Origin: Smithella sp.
GTDB lineage: Bacteria; Desulfobacterota; Syntrophia; Syntrophales; Smithellaceae
Length of the DNA: 64,000 bases
Direction of reading: 5' to 3'
Assembly: GCA_049523355.1 (NCBI GenBank)
Contig: JBEKMY010000001.1
Location: forward strand, 76,454 to 140,453
In this document: in pieces, positions 57,489-64,000 of the stretch
Numbering within the stretch: the stretch's first letter is position 1
How the letters are laid out: the number at the start of each line of letters is the position of its first letter
Made by a program: the position numbers and the translations under genes
Notes under the pieces: model-generated
Database searches by the model: none
What the model saw: only the letters and a program-made list of their open reading frames with translations
What the model was told of the DNA's origin: nothing

Positions 57489-58835
57489 TTAGTTATCCGC
57501 TGATAATTTTTCATCCAAAAGGCCATAACGGCGAATCTTTAGACGCAATGTTTTCCGATCAATGCACAAAAGCTGCGCGGTTTTAGATTGATTCCATGAA
57601 GTTTCTTTCAGCATTTGTAAAATCTTATCCCGTTCTGCTGCCTCCAATGGTGATAGATTCAATGCGGCGGCTTCTTCTTTTCTTTCTTTTTGCTGCTGGA
57701 ACTGCTCCGGCAGATTTTCCGGAAGGATTACCTCGAAAGGTGAAAGCAGCAAAGTTTGTTGCAGAACATTTTCCATTTCCCGGACATTGCCCGGCCAGCT
57801 GTATGCCATAAGCAACTCCATTGCTTTTAATGAAATGTGCACATTAGGATAGCCGAACTTCTTCAGTAAGGATTCAATAAGCAAAGGGATATCCTCTTTG
57901 TGCTCTCTGAGCGGTGGAACACGCAAACGCACGATAAACCTGTATAGCAAATCCAGGCGAAAGTGGCCGTTACTTACTTCTTCATCAATATTTTTATTGG
58001 CTGCCGCCAGCACGCGCACAGCTACATTGTGAACTTCATGGCTGCCGATTCTTCGTACTTCGCCGTTTTGCATAAACCGCAAAAACTTACCTTGCAGGGC
58101 TGTTGACATTTCCGTAATTTCATCAAGAAGAACAGTCCCGCCTGCCGCCGATTCCAGTAATCCGGTATACTGATGAGAAGCGCCGGTAAAGGATCCTTTT
58201 TCGTATCCGAACAGTTCAGATTCCAATAAATTATCGGGAATGGCTCCGCAATGGACTACGACAAAAGGTTTGTCTCTCCGTGAAGACATGCTGTGTAATG
58301 AACGGGCGGTCAATTCTTTCCCTGTTCCGCTTTCACCTTCTATTAAAACACTGGCTGAAGCATCGGCAATACGCGCAATTTGTTTGTAGAATTCAACCAT
58401 CATTGCCGATGAACCAATCATTTTCGGTTCTTCGGTTACCCGCGTTTGCAGTTTCATGCGCTTTTCCCGAAGTTCCCGTACATCAAGCACTTTTCTGACA
58501 ATAGAACGACAGTCTTCGGGAGAAAACGGTTTGCTGATATAATCCCACGCACCCAGACTTATAGCCTCCATTGTCGTTTCCAGAGAACCGTAAGCGGTCA
58601 TGAGAATAACCGGTAAATCCGGCCATTTTTTTTGTACCTCACCCAAGAATTGCAGACCATCCATTTTAGGCATGCGAATATCAGACATGAGTAAATCATA
58701 TGACGAAAGATCTTGCTCCATAGCTTCCTGCGCGGAGGTATAAGTTGTCACATCATAGCCGTCAAGACGTAGAGCTTCCTGCAGAAATTCGCAGGCAACC
58801 GCGTCATCATCAATAACTAAAATACGATTTTTCAT
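57489..58835 (-). CDS. Sigma-54-dependent response regulator (REC + AAA+ + Fis-type HTH; NtrC/ZraR family)
   Basis: REC domain (ILVIDDD..., DLLMSDIRMPKMDG). Walker A GESGTGKE, GAFTGA-type loop EKGSFTGA, and a C-terminal HTH WNQSKTAQLLCIDRKTL. Confidence 0.9.
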   Translation of the reverse strand: MKNRILVIDDDAVACEFLQEALRLDGYDVTTYTSAQEAMEQDLSSYDLLMSDIRMPKMDGLQFLGEVQKKWPDLPVILMTAYGSLETTMEAISLGAWDYISKPFSPEDCRSIVRKVLDVRELREKRMKLQTRVTEEPKMIGSSAMMVEFYKQIARIADASASVLIEGESGTGKELTARSLHSMSSRRDKPFVVVHCGAIPDNLLESELFGYEKGSFTGASHQYTGLLESAAGGTVLLDEITEMSTALQGKFLRFMQNGEVRRIGSHEVHNVAVRVLAAANKNIDEEVSNGHFRLDLLYRFIVRLRVPPLREHKEDIPLLIESLLKKFGYPNVHISLKAMELLMAYSWPGNVREMENVLQQTLLLSPFEVILPENLPEQFQQQKERKEEAAALNLSPLEAAERDKILQMLKETSWNQSKTAQLLCIDRKTLRLKIRRYGLLDEKLSADN

Positions 58836-58906
58836 AAAATTACCTGTCTTTTATAACAAACCCTGCTTTTTTGATAAAAAACAGTTAAATAAAGAAAAGA
58901 AGATTA

Positions 58907-59356
58907 TTAAGGCAGGGTAGCAATGAAAAATCCCGAGAGCTTTTTGCTGCCTAAAGCATCTTGAGCGATTATTTCGCAATGAAATCTTTTTTCGCCGTTT
59001 TCTTCGAACTTTTTGACAATTTTGCCGCTGACTATTATTGTTGCCCTGTCTTTTGTGTTTTCTTCGTCATCCCAATCAACCGGTTCTGTCATACTCAAAA
59101 AACGGGCGCCAAATTTTCTTAAATACTTGTTTTCAATCCAGGACGTTATGGCTTCGCCAACAATACCCATAATTAACATGCCGTGGGCAATAACATTTTT
59201 CATGCCGATCAGTTTAATGAAGGTCTGGTCATGGTGAAGCGGATTAAAATCACCCGAAGCCCCGGCATAACGGACCAGATCCGTTCTGGTAATGGGCGCG
59301 GAAGTATAAACGGGCATTTCATTTCCAATTTCAATATCGTTATAATTTATGACCAT
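58907..59356 (-). CDS. MaoC-family (R)-specific hydratase/dehydratase, catalytic hotdog subunit
   Basis: Hydratase-2 motif YAGASGDFNPLHHD; 149 aa. Confidence 0.8.
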   Translation of the reverse strand: MVINYNDIEIGNEMPVYTSAPITRTDLVRYAGASGDFNPLHHDQTFIKLIGMKNVIAHGMLIMGIVGEAITSWIENKYLRKFGARFLSMTEPVDWDDEENTKDRATIIVSGKIVKKFEENGEKRFHCEIIAQDALGSKKLSGFFIATLP

Positions 59357-59362
59357 ATCTTC

Positions 59363-59827
59363 CTATATTTCCATTAATGTTGATCGGTATTTAATTAACA
59401 GTTCACCCTGCTGATTTACAAGTTCCGTTTCCAGAATCGTAACATCAATAGCTCTTCTCCCTTTTCCCTTGGTATACATATCTATAACTTTCATTTTGCG
59501 GGTAATGATATCGCCGGCATAAATGTTGCCAAAATATTCATATTCTTCTTCTCTGTCTAAAAGCCTGTTGAGATCGATACCCAAAATTTTAATTGTACCC
59601 ATCAATCCGCCGCCTGTCCAGAAAAAGGAACTTGTCGCGAAGGTCGGAGGAGCTATAATGCCTTTATAACCGGCTTTTTTCGCGGCTTCCTCATCATAGT
59701 ATATCGGATTGATTTCTTCCTTCCTTCCCTTTTGAGAAATGGCAATGGCAAACTCGATAATTTTATCTTTCTCCACTGTAAAAGTATAGGCCGGTAATTC
59801 CATTCCTATCTTTGATTTGTCTGCCAT
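59363..59827 (-). CDS. MaoC_dehydrat_N-type hotdog subunit (non-catalytic partner, HadA-like)
   Basis: GGAGG RBS before the ATG at 59827. Its length, its position 7 nt upstream of the catalytic subunit, and the GIIAPPTF motif are typical of the N-terminal hotdog half. Confidence 0.7.
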   Translation of the reverse strand: MADKSKIGMELPAYTFTVEKDKIIEFAIAISQKGRKEEINPIYYDEEAAKKAGYKGIIAPPTFATSSFFWTGGGLMGTIKILGIDLNRLLDREEEYEYFGNIYAGDIITRKMKVIDMYTKGKGRRAIDVTILETELVNQQGELLIKYRSTLMEI

Positions 59828-59893
59828 TATATCCTCCGTATATAGGTATACTGATATCATATTTCTTGCGGAATGGCACGATTTAATTACAAA

Positions 59894-59921
59894 ATTATAA
59901 CTGCTTAAATATTCTTGCCAA
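59894..59921 (-). promoter_or_regulatory. Sigma-70-type promoter candidate (TTGGCA - 16 nt - TATAAT on the minus strand) upstream of the MaoC pair
   Basis: Perfect -10 and a 5/6 match at -35, read on the reverse complement. Confidence 0.4.
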
Positions 59922-59975
59922 AAATATTTTTATATATCTTCATTTCCTCCGATAAGGATAATAAGGTATCTGTTC

Positions 59976-61619
59976 CTAACTCAAGACAGCTCCCTTGGCC
60001 GCGGAACCAACCATTTTAACGTACCGCCGCATATATCCGGCAGGGATACTGCGCTGGGGCGCAATCCATTTGCCAAGCCTCTTTTGCATTTCATTGTCGC
60101 TTATGGCCACGCTCAGGGAACGCGCCGGGATATCAATCATAATTTCGTCGCCGTCGATGAGCGCCGCCATAGGACCGCCCACATAGGCCTCCGGCGAAAC
60201 ATGGCCAATGCACGGCCCCGCCGTGGCGCCCGAAAAACGGCCATCGGTGATGAGCGCCACATTCTTGATGCCGTACAACTCCAATCCCATCGTGACTGCC
60301 AGTGTTTCGGGCATGCCCGGGCCGCCCCTGGGGCCTTCATAGCGGATAACGATTACCGAACCTTCCCTGATGCTTCCTCCGCGAATGGCTGACAGAGCTG
60401 CCTTCTCACCTTCGAACACCTGTGCCGGACCTTGGAATACACGCATTTCAGGAGCAATGGCCGAGGTTTTGACCACCGAACCGTCGGGGGCCAGGTTGCC
60501 GAAGAGAATGACCGTGCCGCCTTCGGCCTGAAAGGCATGGGCCTTATCAGGGATAACGGTTTCATTTATGATAACTGCTTCGGCGATTATCTGTTCCACA
60601 GTGACGCCTCCTACATTCAAGGCTTCTAAATGCAGATCATCAGCCAGGCGTTTCATAACCACCGGAACGCCACCCGCCATATAAAAATCAATTAAACCAT
60701 ACGGGCCGCTGGGAGAGATTCCGCACAGAGTCGGAATCTTGATGCCCATCTCGTTAAAGCGCTCAAGGGGCAATTCCAGGCCCAGTTCATGGGCAATAGC
60801 CGGCAGATGCAGAGTGGCGTTGGTTGAACCGCCAATAGCCAGATTTACAATAAGGGCGTTTTCCAACGCCTGTGGTGTGATAATTTTCGAGGCGGTCAAA
60901 TCTTCATCAAGCAGTTCCACGATCCGCTTGCCGGCCTCACGCGCCATTGCAAGCCTGCCGGAATGAAAGGCCGGAATGTTGGCTGATCCGGGCAGAGCCA
61001 ATCCCATGGCCTCGGCAAGACATTGCATGGTGTTGGCCGTACCCATGACCTCGCACGATCCACATGTGGCGGCTGTGCATGAGGCGAGTTTGTCGAGCGG
61101 GTCGGTATAATATTTATGGTCTGCCGCTTCGTTTTTACTTGGTTTGAAACGGATATCCCATGAATTGGGACCTCCCGTGACAAAAATAACCGGCATGTTG
61201 AGTCTTGCCGCCGCCATGATCATGCCCGGTATGATCTTGTCGCAACTCGCGATAAAGACCAGGGCATCGTAGCGCATGCTGCGGACATGGGTTTCGATGA
61301 TATCGGCGATAAGATCGCGTTGGGCCAGGACAAAGCGCATACCTTCATGTCCCTCGGTCATGCCGTCGCACGGCGCGGGCACATTGAATTCGAACGGCAA
61401 TCCGCCCGCAGCATGGATTCCTTCCTTCACGCGCTGAGCGATCGTGTTTAAGTGCATGTGGCCGGGATTAATCTCAGTGAAGGAATTGGCGATTCCTATA
61501 ATGGGTTTAACCGAGGCTTCGTTGATGTCCACGCCGGTGCCCATAAAAATGTATCGCCTTACAATACTGATCGGGAAATCGCTTTCGTCGAAAATTGCCT
61601 GGCTTTTGGGTTTCTTCAT
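59976..61619 (-). CDS. IlvD/Edd-family dehydratase, second paralog (substrate unknown)
   Basis: 547 aa: [36 protein letters not shown] and RYEGPRGGPGMPE. It is clearly diverged from the ilvD at 37261 and is G+C-rich. Confidence 0.85.
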   Translation of the reverse strand: MKKPKSQAIFDESDFPISIVRRYIFMGTGVDINEASVKPIIGIANSFTEINPGHMHLNTIAQRVKEGIHAAGGLPFEFNVPAPCDGMTEGHEGMRFVLAQRDLIADIIETHVRSMRYDALVFIASCDKIIPGMIMAAARLNMPVIFVTGGPNSWDIRFKPSKNEAADHKYYTDPLDKLASCTAATCGSCEVMGTANTMQCLAEAMGLALPGSANIPAFHSGRLAMAREAGKRIVELLDEDLTASKIITPQALENALIVNLAIGGSTNATLHLPAIAHELGLELPLERFNEMGIKIPTLCGISPSGPYGLIDFYMAGGVPVVMKRLADDLHLEALNVGGVTVEQIIAEAVIINETVIPDKAHAFQAEGGTVILFGNLAPDGSVVKTSAIAPEMRVFQGPAQVFEGEKAALSAIRGGSIREGSVIVIRYEGPRGGPGMPETLAVTMGLELYGIKNVALITDGRFSGATAGPCIGHVSPEAYVGGPMAALIDGDEIMIDIPARSLSVAISDNEMQKRLGKWIAPQRSIPAGYMRRYVKMVGSAAKGAVLS

Positions 61620-61778
61620 TCTGACCTCCTCAAAATGGTTTTAAAAATGGAATCCGCCTCAGAACGACCCTGGCTACAAGACGGATTTTTGTATTTAATG
61701 GAAAATGGGTAAAATTGGTCTTAACAGCTCCTTTGGTTTATCGGGTTTTTTGGGAAGTATCCACGCGCGCATTTGCAA

Positions 61779-62351
61779 TTATTTCTTTTTTGTCCAACTG
61801 CCGTTATTGTCCTGCACCCACCAGCCGGACTGAGCTTTTTCTCTCCAAAGGTTGGCAAATATTTTCTTTATTTGGGATACCGCTTCCGGTCCAGGTTTAT
61901 TCGCGTTTGCGATTTCACTATAGAGCGCCGCGCGGTCTTTGTTTTCCTCATCTAACAGGTTATTGGCAACGCTTCTTTCCAGAACGCTCAATGCTGCCGT
62001 ATCTATGGCCTCGACAAGACCGTTATTGCTCTCGCCTATCGTGCCTTTATCAAAATATATTTTTAAATTCTTGAACCTCTTCTTTATAGATTTTTTGATA
62101 CCGAGGACAGCGGGGGGTGACACATCAATATTCACATCGGCGTATGCCGTTTTGACGCCAAACATTACATCCAACCGGCTTGTCGGGCCTGCCTTTTGGG
62201 CGGGTGCTTCTTTGTCCTTAATGCGGATATCGTCAACTATCCTGTCCGCCGCCTTCTGAATTTCAGCCGCCGGGCAATAATTATAAACAGTGAAACAGGC
62301 AACAATAAAAAAAATTGCAACATAACCGATTGCTCCGATTTTTGTTTGCAT
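61779..62351 (-). CDS. YdbL/DUF1318-family periplasmic lipoprotein
   Basis: Lipobox FIVAC. The C-terminal EENKDRAALYSEIA...GWWVQDNNGSWTKK is typical of DUF1318. Confidence 0.65.
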   Translation of the reverse strand: MQTKIGAIGYVAIFFIVACFTVYNYCPAAEIQKAADRIVDDIRIKDKEAPAQKAGPTSRLDVMFGVKTAYADVNIDVSPPAVLGIKKSIKKRFKNLKIYFDKGTIGESNNGLVEAIDTAALSVLERSVANNLLDEENKDRAALYSEIANANKPGPEAVSQIKKIFANLWREKAQSGWWVQDNNGSWTKKK

Positions 62352-62642
62352 AAAGCCTCCTGTTTGAAAAATGTTTTTTCTTTTAACATAATTATATTTT
62401 TACGACACGTTCTTTGTTGCTTTCGGAGGGCATTAGCGATGTCCTTGCTTCATTATACATAATTAAAAAATCTTATTTTATCTCATCGCATTAATCAATT
62501 GTTACGCTGCCGTTTAATGTTCATTATAAAAACAGTTTAATTCTTGTCGGACAAATGCCTACATGGTGTAAGCTTATGTCTCACGGTTAATTCGGACTGA
62601 CGCTGATATTATCAACCATCTTCTTGTAGTATAAAATAATCA

Positions 62643-62772
62643 CTTTTCAAGGGGTACATGTATTGCATCCGCCATATGTAATACGCTCCTACGTTGCGGC
62701 AGGTTACTCAGAGTATGCGAGTCTGACAAACAGGAACGAAGCCCATCGTCGGAGCGTACCCCTCCTGAAAAG
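62643..62772 (+). ncRNA. Candidate structured RNA / structured 5' leader upstream of acs
   Basis: Nested complementary segments: cttttca (62643-49)/tgaaaag (62766-72); ggggtac (62651-57)/gtacccc (62756-62); gctcc (62685-89)/ggagc (62751-55); and a branching 9-bp hairpin at 62660-62684. I did not recognise an Rfam family. Confidence 0.25.
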
Positions 62773-62916
62773 ATTTGGCAAGGTCATATATCTCTAAAAA
62801 GAGCGGGCAAAGAGACGCATGGCTAAAATGGCTTATTAACAAAAACAAACATCGTGCCTTTTTGGCGGAATTTGGCGGAAATAGAAGGCATAAAAAATAA
62901 TTTTAAGGAGAATATT

Positions 62917-64000
62917 ATGGCTGAAATTAATGAAACAGATTTTTACGACAAGGTCTTTCCTGTGCCTGAAAGAGTAAGAGAGAAATCTTACGTCAAGAGC
63001 AGGAAGGAGTATGATAAGCTCTACAAAGAGTCTATCGATGATCCGGATGCTTTCTGGGCGAAAATGGCGTCTACAAGACTAAGCTGGTTTAAACCGTTTG
63101 ACAAAAAGAAAGTATCGGACTGGTCATTTGATCAGGGGAAAGTTCATTCCAAGTGGTTTGAAGGCGGCAAGCTCAATGTTAGTTACAACTGTCTGGATCG
63201 TCATCTGGAAACCAAGAAAAACAAGGCCGCGATCATTTTTGAAGGCAACGATCCCAATGACTGGAAGGTTTATACCTATCAGGATATGTATCGCGAAGTA
63301 AACAAGTTCGCCAATGTTTTGAAAAGCCTGGGCGTTAAAAAGGGCGATAGGGTTTCCATTTTTCTGCCCATGATCGCGGAACTGTCTATTGTCATGCTGG
63401 CATGCGCCCGCATCGGCGCCATTCATGCTATTGTTTTCGGCGGATTCTCGGCGGAAGCTTTAAGAGACCGTATTAATAACTGCGGCGCTAAAGTTGTTAT
63501 TACCTGCGACGGCACTTACCGCGGCTCCAAGGCAGTTCCCCAGAAAGCCACATGCGACAAGGCAGTGGATCAGTGTCCCGGTGTGCAAACCATGATTGTT
63601 GTGAAACGCACCGGAACGGAAGTTGTCATGAAAGAAGGCCGCGACGTCTGGTATGAAAAATTAATGGCCGAGGCGGCGCCCTATTGCAAACCTGAAGAAA
63701 TGGACGCGGAAGATCCTCTGTTCATTCTTTACACCTCCGGTTCTACCGGACAACCCAAGGGCGTTGTGCACACCACAGCCGGTTATCTGCTTTATGCGTC
63801 CATGACCCAGCAGTATGCCTTTGATGTTCGCGATGAAGATACTTACTGGTGCACGGCCGATATCGGCTGGGTCACCGGTCACAGCTATGTTGTCTACGGA
63901 CCGCTTTGCAACGGTTTCAGCAGCATCCTTTTCGAAGGCGTTCCCAACTATCCTAATTTCGATAGATTCTGGGCTGTCTGCGAGAAATACAGCGTTAATA
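62917..64000 (+). CDS. acs: Acetyl-CoA synthetase (3' truncated by window edge)
   Basis: [26 protein letters not shown]...[17 protein letters not shown]...[15 protein letters not shown]...[14 protein letters not shown] is canonical Acs. It is absent from the ORF track because there is no stop codon within the window. Confidence 0.95.
   Translation, partial: MAEINETDFYDKVFPVPERVREKSYVKSRKEYDKLYKESIDDPDAFWAKMASTRLSWFKPFDKKKVSDWSFDQGKVHSKWFEGGKLNVSYNCLDRHLETKKNKAAIIFEGNDPNDWKVYTYQDMYREVNKFANVLKSLGVKKGDRVSIFLPMIAELSIVMLACARIGAIHAIVFGGFSAEALRDRINNCGAKVVITCDGTYRGSKAVPQKATCDKAVDQCPGVQTMIVVKRTGTEVVMKEGRDVWYEKLMAEAAPYCKPEEMDAEDPLFILYTSGSTGQPKGVVHTTAGYLLYASMTQQYAFDVRDEDTYWCTADIGWVTGHSYVVYGPLCNGFSSILFEGVPNYPNFDRFWAVCEKYSVN

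Noticed and set aside
59872-59889. TGGCAC-gattt-aatta on the plus strand as a second sigma-54 promoter
   Set aside because: The -12 TTGC element is missing. The site also points into the 3' end of a minus-strand gene, with no plus-strand target.
60084-61183. Alternative-frame ORFs inside the second IlvD/Edd gene (60084-60392, 60137-60340, 60353-60565, 60896-61183)
   Set aside because: The same high-G+C artefact. The long minus-strand frame carries all the IlvD/Edd motifs.
1-64000. Window-wide scan for CRISPR arrays, tRNA/rRNA/tmRNA/RNase P/SRP RNA signatures, transposases, integrases and known defence-system genes
   Set aside because: I saw no regularly spaced direct repeats, no tRNA T-arm/acceptor patterns and no IS or phage hallmark proteins. 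The stand-alone ATPase at 8240-8962 has no nuclease or partner gene, so I do not call it a defence system.

Overview
This is a 64 kb chromosomal window from a Gram-negative bacterium with roughly 40% G+C. Gene content and style suggest a Desulfobacterota-type anaerobe, but that assignment is low confidence. Most of the window is core housekeeping. The envelope and LPS genes are a porin-like OMP, lptD, a lapA-like gene, mltB, kdsB, hldD, PBP1A and tatA/tatC. Other core genes are folC, queG, greA, smc-ftsY, an HDAC-gatCAB-mtnA operon, an ilvB-ilvN-ilvC-ilvD operon, a glycine-cleavage operon (gcvT-gcvH-gcvPA-gcvPB-lipA-lpdA), def, rluD, pgeF and the 5' part of acs. I found no rRNA, tRNA, CRISPR array, transposase, integrase or phage genes. 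Six things are not explained by ordinary gene annotation. (1) A superfamily of roughly 90-125 bp intergenic repeats occurs at 10 or more sites, often inside operon spacers; its central hairpin keeps its position and about a 7 bp stem while the stem sequence is replaced. (2) A 33-codon Ile/Leu/Val-rich leader ORF with stacked hairpin/U-tract structures lies upstream of ilvB and looks like an attenuator. (3) A near-consensus sigma-54 promoter drives three tandem small secreted proteins, two of them Ala/Lys low-complexity paralogs with a 9-bp x5 tandem repeat, next to a histidine kinase and a sigma-54 enhancer-binding response regulator. (4) moaA is decayed. (5) Two single-gene G+C-rich islands are present: an OYE/FAD oxidoreductase, and a second IlvD/Edd dehydratase linked to a split MaoC hydratase pair. 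(6) Candidate structured leaders lie upstream of gcvT and acs. All alignments, folds and G+C estimates were done by eye or hand count and need computational confirmation.
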